Shown here piece after piece: positions 8,156-17,944 of a DNA stretch of 64,000 nucleotides. Both the position numbers and the translations under genes were made by a program. The stretch lies in the IMG/VR virus record IMGVR_UViG_3300032116_000106, positions 1-64,000 of that record. One strand, written 5' to 3'. Under the pieces are notes generated by a model, which saw only the letters and a list, made by a program, of their open reading frames with translations, made no database searches and was not told the DNA's origin. Numbering within the stretch: position 1 is the stretch's first letter; each line of letters starts with the position of its first letter. The stretch is from a virus.

Positions 8156-9742
8156 TTAGAGTAACCATCTTATATCTTCATTTCCATCGCCAATATTCAT
8201 TTCATATGGATTTCCTCTCATTCTTTCGTTTGCTGAACCCATAGAAAAACCTGTTGTAGAAATAGAATTGATGGCAACTTTTGCTAAATCCATTCTCTCT
8301 TGTCTTAAACGAAGTGCGGTATCCCTCACCCATAACCCAATTGAGAATGCCATAACTAAGTCATCGTTGTAACCCCTCATTGCTTCCGCTCTATTCGTCA
8401 GCCATATAAAAGTAAAGAGCTCATCAATCAATCTTAAGGACTGAACCACAACCTCTTTATTTCTGAAGTATTCATCTAATTTGGAAATAATTAAAGGTCG
8501 AGTTTTAGCAGATGTTGTAAATCCAGCTACCTGCCTTCTTTCTTCCGCATTAAATTTATTTGTATATTGTTTCTCTATATCAATATATTTGTAATCCTGA
8601 GTTTGGTAATAAAGGTTTTGGTAATTTCTGTCGATTACCTGTTGAATTACCGCCCACCCAATATTTGCATTCTCTATTACTAAAAGTGCATTATTCCAAT
8701 CGGTAGCCACGCTAACTAAAAAATTACCGAAATCTTTAGTTTCCATTTTACCCCTATATTCTGCCACCTGCACATTATTCACAACATCAAAGACATGAAA
8801 TGTGGAATAATCCGAACCATCGCCTCTCGCCACGTCGGCTACAACCATATATGATTTTTGATAATCTGGATACTCCCATTTCCAATAGTTTCCATCGAAT
8901 CCACTTTTTTCTATCGGGTCTTTAACAAATGTTTCCTTATACCACATCAACAATTCGGGTGCAATAACGGTATCACCAGAAGAAATGAAGTCGCAATCAC
9001 ACTCTTGTGCCGCTAACTTTTCTCCTAATACTTTTGTTTGTTCATCTCTCCACCTTTGGTCTCTCTCAGGATGAACCGTCCAATGCAAATAGATTGGATT
9101 AAATTCATTTGTTCCTTCTTCTGCTCCCACCCATTGTTGGTGAAACCAGTTACCCACACCATTTGGAGTAGATAATGCTATACAACTACCACCGGTTGAT
9201 AGGGCGGGAGTTGCAGATGCCCAAATTTCATTAATATCTGGAACGAATGCCGCTTCATCGACTACTAAAAGTGATAGGGCTTCAGAACGACCTGCATCAG
9301 GTGAAGATGGGATAGCTTTTACTTGCGAACCATTTACTAATCGTAGTGAAAGTTTGTTATCTTCCTGTGTTGCAACTTTTAACCAACTAGGTAAGTTATC
9401 ATACATAACTCTTACCTTCGTAACGAGATTTTTAGCAACCTCTTGCTTAATAGCGATTACCAACACATTATAATCCTGATTAAAAATCATTTTCCACAAA
9501 GAATACCCTGCTGTCAAAGTGGATATACCTGTCTGACGTGATTTTAAAACTAAATTATATCGATGGTCTTTAAATTGTAGTAACGTCTTTTCTTGATAGG
9601 GAAACAACTCAAAACGTAGCTTTCCTTTTGTAGGATGTTGAATCTTACAGTATTTGCGCATAAAATATACCGGATCTCCGGCACATTTTTTGTATTCTTC
9701 TCTGATTACATCTTTTAATGATAATCCTTTATCTTGCATCAA
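8156..9742 (-). CDS. terL: Terminase large subunit (T4 gp17-like)
   Basis: Walker A KSRQTGIST, Walker B LLVVDEAAF, STPNG coupling motif, nuclease DVARGDGSDYS and C-terminal NDDLVMA. Confidence 0.97.
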   Translation of the reverse strand: MMQDKGLSLKDVIREEYKKCAGDPVYFMRKYCKIQHPTKGKLRFELFPYQEKTLLQFKDHRYNLVLKSRQTGISTLTAGYSLWKMIFNQDYNVLVIAIKQEVAKNLVTKVRVMYDNLPSWLKVATQEDNKLSLRLVNGSQVKAIPSSPDAGRSEALSLLVVDEAAFVPDINEIWASATPALSTGGSCIALSTPNGVGNWFHQQWVGAEEGTNEFNPIYLHWTVHPERDQRWRDEQTKVLGEKLAAQECDCDFISSGDTVIAPELLMWYKETFVKDPIEKSGFDGNYWKWEYPDYQKSYMVVADVARGDGSDYSTFHVFDVVNNVQVAEYRGKMETKDFGNFLVSVATDWNNALLVIENANIGWAVIQQVIDRNYQNLYYQTQDYKYIDIEKQYTNKFNAEERRQVAGFTTSAKTRPLIISKLDEYFRNKEVVVQSLRLIDELFTFIWLTNRAEAMRGYNDDLVMAFSIGLWVRDTALRLRQERMDLAKVAINSISTTGFSMGSANERMRGNPYEMNIGDGNEDIRWLL

Positions 9743-10409
9743 ATAATCTATTTAGAATTGGGTTATCTAAATTTTTTAGTTTAGATTCATAAATAACTAT
9801 ATCTTCTTCCAATTCTTTTAATCCCTTTTCGATATTTTGAATTTCTAATTCCATATCCGCTTTCATCTCATCCATCGGTTTTGGTAGATGCCAAATCTCA
9901 ATTCTACCATCTTCCAAAATTTGTTCATAGTGTGGTTTTAATTCCTTGATACCATCTTCGATTTGAGATTTCGCTTCGGTGGCCTGAGCGACGGCTCTTC
10001 TAAATAATCTAAAGTTTTTATACTCTTCAAATATACCCAATTTTTGGGCCTCACTATCCATTTCAACATTACAATCAATACAATAGCCAGATTCTTTAAT
10101 CAGAATTTTATCATTTGCACCATACTTTTGTTTTTGACAATTTGAATTGGCACATTCTTCTTTCTTTCTTAAAAACTCTCTAATTGATTGAAATACCTCG
10201 TGATTTTTTCCGGTTTTCAGAACATATCCCTCTTTTTGTTCGTATTGATATGTTTCATCTTCCCATTTTTCCCCAACCTCTCTTTTTACATTTGGGTTGG
10301 ATTTTTCATATCCGAATGATTTGGAAGGGTCTTCACCTCTAAATACATAATCCACCAATTCGCGGCGGGTTTTATGCATTAAATCTTTTCTAAATTCTTT
10401 TTTTGCCAT
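9729..10409 (-). CDS. Hypothetical protein with putative Zn-binding Cys pairs and coiled coil
   Basis: REVGEKWED motif, CANSNC and GYCIDC. Overlaps the terL start. Confidence 0.7.
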   Translation of the reverse strand: MAKKEFRKDLMHKTRRELVDYVFRGEDPSKSFGYEKSNPNVKREVGEKWEDETYQYEQKEGYVLKTGKNHEVFQSIREFLRKKEECANSNCQKQKYGANDKILIKESGYCIDCNVEMDSEAQKLGIFEEYKNFRLFRRAVAQATEAKSQIEDGIKELKPHYEQILEDGRIEIWHLPKPMDEMKADMELEIQNIEKGLKELEEDIVIYESKLKNLDNPILNRLFDAR

Positions 10410-10445
10410 AACCTTTATATATGTATATATATTGAAAAATTCCCT

Positions 10446-11273
10446 TTAAGATATTTTTTTAACCTCTATCTTTATTTTTGGAGTATATCCATCTGGTAAA
10501 TTTACCTTTATACCCTCAAATGATTCCACTTTATTTTCAAAATAAGATAATTGAAAAATTTTATCAGTAAGGTTTAATACTAATTGGGATGAAGTACTCA
10601 TTTTTTTAGTATCCCTCTTCATATTCAATGGGGAGTCATCCTTATAAAAATTCTTTCTCATTAAAGGCGCAATCAGATTCCAATCCTCTGCTTTATCCAT
10701 TTGCTTTTCAGCACTTAATTTTCTTACGATTGAACTTTTATAATCAGGCCCATCGGTGTATCCTGCATCAGTATAATAGTGTCCATGATTAGTTCTAACC
10801 ATAGGGTGTTCTCTATTTATCAAATTTATTTTAGGATTATGTTTGGAAGTAGTTTCTACTGAGATAGTATTTTTAGGTGAACTTATGAATGTATGACCTT
10901 TAATACCACCTTCATATTGAACTGCATATCTTATAGCTTCTTTTAAATTAGAAGAACCCAATGCTTTCCTTATTTTAGCACCATCCTTTGATGGTTTACC
11001 TTTTTTCTTTACTATCTTTTTTTCTTCCTCATCAAATCCAACCATAAGAGCAGTATTCACAATACCTATCCCATGTTCGTTCATTCCTTCACTCCAATCG
11101 GTTATTATATCATGTAAATAAACTACTTCTACTCCATCGATTAGAGTATGAATAACTTCTAATTGGGGATTGTAAGCTCTATCTCTATTTTTAGCCAATA
11201 TAAATTTATCACCAATTTCTTTGGAAACAATTATACATTCACCCAACATTATTTTATCAAATAAATTATTCAT
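10446..11273 (-). CDS. Ntn (N-terminal Cys nucleophile) hydrolase, peptidase C45/choloylglycine-hydrolase-like
   Basis: CIIV......ILAKNRDR, EGMNEHGIGIVN and RTNH motifs typical of Cys Ntn hydrolases. Cys13 follows a 12 aa leader. Confidence 0.75.
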   Translation of the reverse strand: MNNLFDKIMLGECIIVSKEIGDKFILAKNRDRAYNPQLEVIHTLIDGVEVVYLHDIITDWSEGMNEHGIGIVNTALMVGFDEEEKKIVKKKGKPSKDGAKIRKALGSSNLKEAIRYAVQYEGGIKGHTFISSPKNTISVETTSKHNPKINLINREHPMVRTNHGHYYTDAGYTDGPDYKSSIVRKLSAEKQMDKAEDWNLIAPLMRKNFYKDDSPLNMKRDTKKMSTSSQLVLNLTDKIFQLSYFENKVESFEGIKVNLPDGYTPKIKIEVKKIS

Positions 11274-11289
11274 TTATGGTCATTTCCTA

Positions 11290-11297
11290 TATAAATA
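11290..11297 (-). promoter_or_regulatory. Putative late promoter motif TATTTATA
   Basis: Minus strand AATATTTATA 16 nt upstream of 11273. Confidence 0.6.
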
Positions 11298-11313
11298 TTT
11301 TAATTCGAAACAA

Positions 11314-11826
11314 TTATTCAAAAACCAAATGTTTATTGAAACTATTTTTTAAAATTTCATTAAATTTTACCTCATTATATTTCACATCAAACAAAAAAGC
11401 TACTCTGGTAGTATTTCCATTGTTTATTACTTTGTGCTCAATTCGTTGTGAATCAAACCAATGAACAACCCCATCTTCAAACTTTATCTGATGTTCAACC
11501 TCATTTAATTTAAAATGGTTTATACATTCAGCATTTGAAATTACCGGCATTATGAATCTTCTATATTCATGTCCACCATCTTTGTGCCAAAAAAGTCCTC
11601 CATCAGGCTGCGCGAAGAAAAGAAAAATGTTATCAAACTCAACCCCGCTAAAAATAGGTAAAACCTCATTATGAAAGTATTTTAATCTACTAAACCTACT
11701 TACATCGGTATCGAAACTTTCCATTTTTAAATTATCGTTGGAAACTGATGATGTATCATAATAACGATTTATTTCGCCTAATAATTCATCACTATCAAAT
11801 GTTAATTTAGATTTATATAACTCCAT
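11314..11826 (-). CDS. 2OG-Fe(II) oxygenase, Asp/Asn beta-hydroxylase-like
   Basis: WHKD...EHKVINNGNTTRVAFLFD gives the HxD..H..R pattern. Confidence 0.8.
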   Translation of the reverse strand: MELYKSKLTFDSDELLGEINRYYDTSSVSNDNLKMESFDTDVSRFSRLKYFHNEVLPIFSGVEFDNIFLFFAQPDGGLFWHKDGGHEYRRFIMPVISNAECINHFKLNEVEHQIKFEDGVVHWFDSQRIEHKVINNGNTTRVAFLFDVKYNEVKFNEILKNSFNKHLVFE

Positions 11827-14369
11827 TATCTACTAAATGTAAAGATTCCTAAAATTTGGTTTAATGGTGCAAATGCCCCTGTCAATTTAAAAGTGTTTCC
11901 TTTGTAAGTAAATACAATACCTTCATTTGGAACTATCTTATCAAATCCTCCCAACGCTTCAATTCTTGCCAACTCAATTCCTAATTTATCCAAATTCTTA
12001 GCATCCCCGGTAGCTCTAATTGAATTAATAGCGGTTTCCAATCTACCTACCATTTGTTGTTTAGCCGCATCAGGATTTACCGTCAATACTGATGTCATAA
12101 ATGATAATACCTCTGCCCCTACTCCTAAAAATATAGTTTCAAATTTAAGAAGATTATCCTTTGTTATTTTTTGTTGGTCTTGTTTTTCTATTTTTTCTGC
12201 CCACTCTCTATTCTTATCATCTTTTATATCCTTTATTCGGAATCCTTTATCACCGAAAGCCCATCTCTTTACCAATCCTATTTTTTGTTGCTCATCTAAT
12301 CCTTTTGTATTTTTATTTACAAAATCCAACCACCAAGCCTGATGATAATCTGCAACACCATTCTTTTCAGTTAATCCAAATTCGTTTTGAAGTGTTTGAA
12401 TTTTAGATAAAAACAAAGATTGTTTTGCTTTAAGGTCTTTATTTACTGGCAGTTTTTGTATAGGAGGCCCTTGCAATTTGAATTTAGATTGAACATCTGC
12501 ATTTACCTTCTTTACCATTGCCGCCAATTGAGCTCCCGCTTCTGGATTTTCTCCAATTGCAGTTCCCTCTTCATCATATTCCATAGTTCCATGAAATACT
12601 AAAAGAGATTGACCATATGGTATTACATTTGTATTTTCAGGATAAATGATTTCACAATTCATAAAGCACTTACCATCTTTGAAAATTTTCTTTTTACTAC
12701 TATCGGAAAGGGATTTAATTGCAGATTCCAAATCTTTAATTGCAAAGCTAAATGCATCTGATACCGAACCTCTTCCTGCAAATTTAGTAATTACATCTTG
12801 AACTCCCATCGCATCTTTACCTCTATTTTTAAGATGTGATTTATTACGGGCAGCAACTAATCTACCACCAACCCAACTAATCGCCAATGCCTGCCCATCA
12901 GTTTTCTCTCTTGCCAATTCCAACTTACCACTCAATGCTTGTTTTACAATTCGTTTCAGATCTCCGAATGTAAGGTTCATTTGTATATCGAATGGGTGGT
13001 TCATATGTCCATACGCACCACCTTCGGTTATAAGAGATTCTTTTACTGGTTCATATCCTCTATCTTCGGTATCCTTTGTATCATATTGGTGACCAGGTTT
13101 CTTTTTTCTTTTATCATCAAAATCTATTGTATCCAATTCAGGATGATGCCCCATATCTTTTGTATAAGATGATGTTTTATGGTGAAGTGTAAAATTACGG
13201 TCAGCCTCTCCATCATAAGGATGATTATGTGAATGTATAGTTTCGGTTTTAGCTTCTATTCCTGCTAACTTTGTATAATACTTTGGGTCTTCAAATAGAT
13301 GGTCTAATGCAATCTCTTTTGCAACATTAGTATCGGTAGTATGTTCTCTTTCTACTTTATATCCTTTTCTAAATTCATCAGCTAATTCTTTTTGAGTTAT
13401 ATTATGTTTTCTTGCTATATCACCCAAACTCATTCCGGCAGATAACCCTCCTCTAATTACATCTTCCTTTTTTATTTTCTCCCAACCATCAACCCCCTTT
13501 GGTTTCTCAACAGGTTTTAAATCACTTGTCACCATATTAGAAACCTTGTAATATACCTTTCTAAATGCAGATTCTTTGTCCTTTCTCTTTCCCTTACCTC
13601 TCATCGCATCCGCTTTTGGTTTATCCATTTGGGTATATCCTAATTGTTTAAACCACGGCTCAGGTTTTCCTCTATCCAAAATTCTTAAAGTCCCATCTGG
13701 AATATACATAGTAGCTGGTTCTCCTTCATCGGCCCCATACCCACCTAATGTAGTTTCTACTAATCCTTCTTTCGTTATTTTATTAAGAGTAAGGGTGATT
13801 AATTTAAAAATCTTCTCATCAAATTTAGGATAGGCTTTCATAAATCCAACCTTTCTCTCCTCATCACTCCCCTTACCTAACCAATTTCTAACATCAGTTC
13901 CACTAATAGGATTTGATTGAGATGGTGAAATATACACATATCCTTTATCCATATATCCCTCCATATCTTTACCATCTTTATATGGTTCAAAGTATTTACC
14001 GCTCAACCTCATCTCATCCTTTTCACCAACAGCAGTAATAAATGCGGTAGTTTTTGAATCAAATTTATTTAAAATTTCAACAGGTGCATATGGATTTTTA
14101 ATTTGAACTACTTTGTTTGATGGAACTCCAAACATTTTAGTGATGATATATTTCTTTTCCTTAAACCCAAATGGAGATTTAACATTATCGGTTTTATTTG
14201 ATGTTCCGATATAAACATTTTCTTTTCCAAATTTCCTAACCAACAATTGGTATGTGGCAAAATGGCCCTTATGGAAAGGTTGGAATCTTCCACTATATAC
14301 AACAACCCTATCCGAAGTTTGTTCTCCTAATAGGGCTTCCATCAAAAATTTAGTTAAATTATTCATCAT
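11826..14369 (-). CDS. Multidomain protein: HxGH nucleotidyltransferase + small helical domain + ligase-superfamily-like C-terminal domain
   Basis: N-terminal YSGRFQPFHKGH and ISGTDVR; middle GYKVEREH..D...AKEIALDHL.EDPKYY; C-terminal EGGAYGHMNHPFD, EKTDG, EGIVF, FKLTG. Start reassigned to MMNNL at 14369 by the adjacent late motif. Confidence 0.75.
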   Translation of the reverse strand: MMNNLTKFLMEALLGEQTSDRVVVYSGRFQPFHKGHFATYQLLVRKFGKENVYIGTSNKTDNVKSPFGFKEKKYIITKMFGVPSNKVVQIKNPYAPVEILNKFDSKTTAFITAVGEKDEMRLSGKYFEPYKDGKDMEGYMDKGYVYISPSQSNPISGTDVRNWLGKGSDEERKVGFMKAYPKFDEKIFKLITLTLNKITKEGLVETTLGGYGADEGEPATMYIPDGTLRILDRGKPEPWFKQLGYTQMDKPKADAMRGKGKRKDKESAFRKVYYKVSNMVTSDLKPVEKPKGVDGWEKIKKEDVIRGGLSAGMSLGDIARKHNITQKELADEFRKGYKVEREHTTDTNVAKEIALDHLFEDPKYYTKLAGIEAKTETIHSHNHPYDGEADRNFTLHHKTSSYTKDMGHHPELDTIDFDDKRKKKPGHQYDTKDTEDRGYEPVKESLITEGGAYGHMNHPFDIQMNLTFGDLKRIVKQALSGKLELAREKTDGQALAISWVGGRLVAARNKSHLKNRGKDAMGVQDVITKFAGRGSVSDAFSFAIKDLESAIKSLSDSSKKKIFKDGKCFMNCEIIYPENTNVIPYGQSLLVFHGTMEYDEEGTAIGENPEAGAQLAAMVKKVNADVQSKFKLQGPPIQKLPVNKDLKAKQSLFLSKIQTLQNEFGLTEKNGVADYHQAWWLDFVNKNTKGLDEQQKIGLVKRWAFGDKGFRIKDIKDDKNREWAEKIEKQDQQKITKDNLLKFETIFLGVGAEVLSFMTSVLTVNPDAAKQQMVGRLETAINSIRATGDAKNLDKLGIELARIEALGGFDKIVPNEGIVFTYKGNTFKLTGAFAPLNQILGIFTFSR

Positions 14370-14374
14370 ACGAT

Positions 14375-14384
14375 AATAAATATT
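14375..14384 (-). promoter_or_regulatory. Late promoter motif variant AATATTTATT
   Basis: One-mismatch copy 5 nt upstream of ATG 14369. Confidence 0.5.
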
Positions 14385-15204
14385 AAAGATTGTGATAATG
14401 TTCAATTATATAATCATATAATAAATTCCCAAAGTTTTTGTGAGCAAAATAACCAGGATGTAAATCATCTATCAAAAAATCACATTCTTCGGTAATTGTG
14501 GATTTCATTTCTACTGCATATTGATGAAAATCTTCAATAGTTCTGTTTAAAACTTTTAATTTTAAAGAATTATTTTTCCTAAATTCATCTTCAATGCCAT
14601 TTAAAAGCTCACCTCCAAAAAATATATATTTTATTTTATTATGTTTAAGATAGCCAAAAAATGTGTTTATTTGCCTACTTAAATTTAGATAATAAGATTT
14701 TTTTGAAAAGAAATTATCATAATAAGATTTTAATGCAGAATGTATTTTTAAATTATCATTAGCAAATTCTTCACTATAATAACCCCTAGTTCCATATAAT
14801 CCACTAATAGAATTATCGGAATAATCATTATTTGTAAAATGTAAATTACCTATTATATAATCATTTAATTTATTAGAATATAAATCTAATCTACCCAAAG
14901 ATGGTAATTCTAAAATAAGAAGTATTTCATCTTTAATTTTATAATTTGATTTTACAAAATCATAAGCCATTCTTATTACTCTTTCAGACCCCCCTCCACT
15001 AGTCGCTTCATTAACTGATTCGGCGTTTAGTTTATGGGATAATACACTACTATATAATACATCATTTATATTTTCCCAACTAATGTTGTATTTTGAATTA
15101 TAGTATTCAACGATACTCATTCCATTTCTTAAAATGTGTTGATTTTCTAATCCACCGCCCGCACTATGTGAGCAACCATTACAATATATTTTTTTGGCAT
15201 TCAT
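14383..15204 (-). CDS. SGNH/GDSL-like hydrolase or acyltransferase
   Basis: N-terminal NGCSHSAG, N.A.SGGGS, C-terminal DDLHPG..AH. Confidence 0.7.
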   Translation of the reverse strand: MNAKKIYCNGCSHSAGGGLENQHILRNGMSIVEYYNSKYNISWENINDVLYSSVLSHKLNAESVNEATSGGGSERVIRMAYDFVKSNYKIKDEILLILELPSLGRLDLYSNKLNDYIIGNLHFTNNDYSDNSISGLYGTRGYYSEEFANDNLKIHSALKSYYDNFFSKKSYYLNLSRQINTFFGYLKHNKIKYIFFGGELLNGIEDEFRKNNSLKLKVLNRTIEDFHQYAVEMKSTITEECDFLIDDLHPGYFAHKNFGNLLYDYIIEHYHNL

Positions 15205-16534
15205 ATCCTTCTTTTATAATGGCTTTAACGGAATCTATTTCACTTTTTTCGTAATCAAACGATAATAATTTCATTTGATTATATATTAAAGTTTCTTCAG
15301 ATTCTCTTAACTTATCTTTTAGTTCTTCAATCGGTAAATTTGATAATCTAATTATTTCCCCAATTACTTTTTCTAATCTAACTTTATCATCTAATTCCTC
15401 ATCATAACTTTCATCTATTAAACCATTAAATGTTTTAAATCCCATATCTCTTATGTCTTTAAGATAATGGGGAGGCCCTGCAACTAAAAAAGGTTGTAAA
15501 TACATAATTGGCTTGAATACCTTTTCTGATACAAAACCCTGTGGTTTGAAAAATATAGTATCACTAATTAGGCTCATCGCACTTTCTTTATATGGTCTTA
15601 TATCTTCAAACCCATATCCACTTATTTTAAAATTGGTTTCAAAATCTACTTTTTTCTCTTCCAATGAAATAAATAACTTATAATCATCAATATATCCCAA
15701 ATCTTTTAATTGGTTTTCGTAATCATATCTTACTCCACCTAATGTATCATAGAATTTTGGATTGTATGAAATTAGAAATTTATCTATTATATTGTTCTTA
15801 TGTATTTCCGAAATTATCTTAACCCTATGATGATGTGGATATTGATTGAAGCTAAGAAAATGGTATTTCTTCTCTTCGTAATTCAAAATTTGCGAAACAT
15901 CGTTTGATTTTAAATTATGTTGAAAGTATCTACTACTTCGATTTAAATAATAATTTATTTTTATAAATGAAACGTTTTTTGATTTATATTTAGTAAAATC
16001 GTTTAGATAATCATTGTATAAAAAAATTATTTTTTTATATGATATGGTTTTTAGTATCTCTTCAACAAAATAATCATTTAAATGCCCCTCATGTGAATAG
16101 TTAATTACTATTGTAGCATTTATCTCTTTTAGTTTTTCAAATAAACCTTTATCAATTTGCTTAATATGATTTTTAAAAAAATCTATGTGCCCAAATGGCT
16201 CAATTACAAAGAAAGTTTTTTTAGAGCAGAATTCATTCTTGCGTTCTATCGCTTCATCAACTGAAATCCGATTAATTGTTAATTTGGTTTTAGGATCAAA
16301 ACCATTTTGGGGAATAGATTGAAACCCCATTCCATTCCATAAAACACTTATTTCATTACCAAAATTGTTGAAAAGGGCCTTAATTAAATGCCCCATATCA
16401 CTAGAATTATTTTCTAATAACCAATTTATGGAAAAATCTAAAACATTTTTTGGTTGACAGTTTGGTAAAATTAAATTATTAACTTTATTTTCGTATAATA
16501 AATTAAGCTCCATAATATAATTCAGGATACTCAA
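15179..16534 (-). CDS. Glycosyltransferase, GT-B, GT10 (fucosyltransferase)-like
   Basis: FLSFN..PHHHR and ISDT.F.....VSEKVFKPI...QPF....G...L......GFKTF...IDESYD. Paralog of 20685 and 22676. Confidence 0.6.
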   Translation of the reverse strand: MSILNYIMELNLLYENKVNNLILPNCQPKNVLDFSINWLLENNSSDMGHLIKALFNNFGNEISVLWNGMGFQSIPQNGFDPKTKLTINRISVDEAIERKNEFCSKKTFFVIEPFGHIDFFKNHIKQIDKGLFEKLKEINATIVINYSHEGHLNDYFVEEILKTISYKKIIFLYNDYLNDFTKYKSKNVSFIKINYYLNRSSRYFQHNLKSNDVSQILNYEEKKYHFLSFNQYPHHHRVKIISEIHKNNIIDKFLISYNPKFYDTLGGVRYDYENQLKDLGYIDDYKLFISLEEKKVDFETNFKISGYGFEDIRPYKESAMSLISDTIFFKPQGFVSEKVFKPIMYLQPFLVAGPPHYLKDIRDMGFKTFNGLIDESYDEELDDKVRLEKVIGEIIRLSNLPIEELKDKLRESEETLIYNQMKLLSFDYEKSEIDSVKAIIKEGYECQKNIL

Positions 16535-17045
16535 CTAAACAATGTACACCTTTATTATTCATAGCATATTTGTATGATAGTTCGATATCTTGCCAAGATT
16601 TTAAATCGTGAAATTCTATATTTTTACAAATACTTTTAAATTCTTCCAAATAGTTACCCTTATGTTGATGTCCTGGATCCAATGGTTTATCAGAACCTTT
16701 ACCTAACCTAATTAAGACATGGGGTTTAACACCTGTCATCATTTCATACTTATCTAAATGATTTACCATTTGGTTAGTAGCTGAAATAATAAAATCCCAA
16801 CGAGGATAGAATGTTACAACTAATTTACCCGCCATTGCCAATCCTAAACTCATACCCATTTGTGTTTCTTCCATAACGGGTAATTCAATCATAAGATTTT
16901 TATCAACATTATCTAACGTTGTGCTCATAGGATTTCCTCTATAAACTATTTGTTGGCCTATAAAAATTACATTTTCTTTTTTTGCCAACTCCTCCATCAT
17001 CTTTGATAAGGTGTCTTTATAGGGAGTATATTCTGGTGAACTCAT
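16503..17045 (-). CDS. TPP-dependent enzyme beta subunit (E1-beta/transketolase pyrimidine-binding domain only)
   Basis: IELPVMEETQMGMSLGLAMAG, DF..SATNQMVN and PGHQH. At 180 aa it lacks the C-terminal domain. Confidence 0.85.
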   Translation of the reverse strand: MSSPEYTPYKDTLSKMMEELAKKENVIFIGQQIVYRGNPMSTTLDNVDKNLMIELPVMEETQMGMSLGLAMAGKLVVTFYPRWDFIISATNQMVNHLDKYEMMTGVKPHVLIRLGKGSDKPLDPGHQHKGNYLEEFKSICKNIEFHDLKSWQDIELSYKYAMNNKGVHCLVEYPELYYGA

Positions 17046-17944
17046 ATAATATATTTTATTAATTCTTCGTTTACAAATTTATTATTTATTATTGATGATG
17101 GATGCCCATACCAATCAAAATTACCACTTACATTTTCACTAAATAAAACTTTTTTTAATCCATTATAATTATCTAATTCCGCTTGCTTTTTAATAGCGTA
17201 TTCATATAACCCACCCTTTCTTAATCCCTCATCTTCGTAAAACCAAAATTTATCAAATGGTATTTTATCTAAATAAATTTTAAAGTATTCACTCTGATTG
17301 TAATAATAATCAAAACCTTCGTTTAAACAAATTTCACCTTCGTAAACATTTCTCGAATAGAACTCAGGCTCATAAAATATATCTTTTATTGTAAAATACT
17401 TATAATCAATTTTTTCACTATCTAAATAATTTGATAAATCTAACACCGTTTCAACAAATGAATATGAATGCTGTTTACTTAATTTTATATGTAAGGTTTT
17501 TAAAATATTATCTATTCCCAAATACTTTGAATTATTAACTTCATAATATCCACCTGTCAAAAACCAAAACTCATTCTTGTAATTTTTTGGATTGGGTAAA
17601 TAATTGTTTGTGTGAGAACCAATTTCAAGTTCTCCATAATAATCTTTTATCAAAAATGAATGTCTATAAGGTTGTGTCCATTGAGTAAAAACTTTATCAA
17701 CTATACCACCATTTTTTTTAATGTATTCAACCCAATATGTTACAGTTCTTTTAATAGTATTATTATCATTAGTTGGATTACCTAAATTTAATACTACATA
17801 ATCTTCCCCTAATTTATATTGTAACCATTCAGGCCACTGCCACTCTTCCCTATTATTATCTTTTTTTAGATGGTTAAGTGGTTTTAAATTAGTAAAAGAA
17901 CATCCACTACATATAATGTATTTTTTATCCTTTAAGATATACAC
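17042..17944 (-). CDS. SGNH-like protein
   Basis: CSGCSFT, WPEWL, NLG.P..DN, QWT...R and GHPS. Confidence 0.65.
   Translation of the reverse strand: MYILKDKKYIICSGCSFTNLKPLNHLKKDNNREEWQWPEWLQYKLGEDYVVLNLGNPTNDNNTIKRTVTYWVEYIKKNGGIVDKVFTQWTQPYRHSFLIKDYYGELEIGSHTNNYLPNPKNYKNEFWFLTGGYYEVNNSKYLGIDNILKTLHIKLSKQHSYSFVETVLDLSNYLDSEKIDYKYFTIKDIFYEPEFYSRNVYEGEICLNEGFDYYYNQSEYFKIYLDKIPFDKFWFYEDEGLRKGGLYEYAIKKQAELDNYNGLKKVLFSENVSGNFDWYGHPSSIINNKFVNEELIKYII

Noticed and set aside
9729-10409. Terminase small subunit
   Set aside because: Position fits, but no recognisable TerS motifs. Left as hypothetical.
11266-11283. Mini-ORF MTINE* overlapping the Ntn hydrolase start
   Set aside because: Five codons in AT-rich DNA. 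Its resemblance to an I-x-E site is probably chance.
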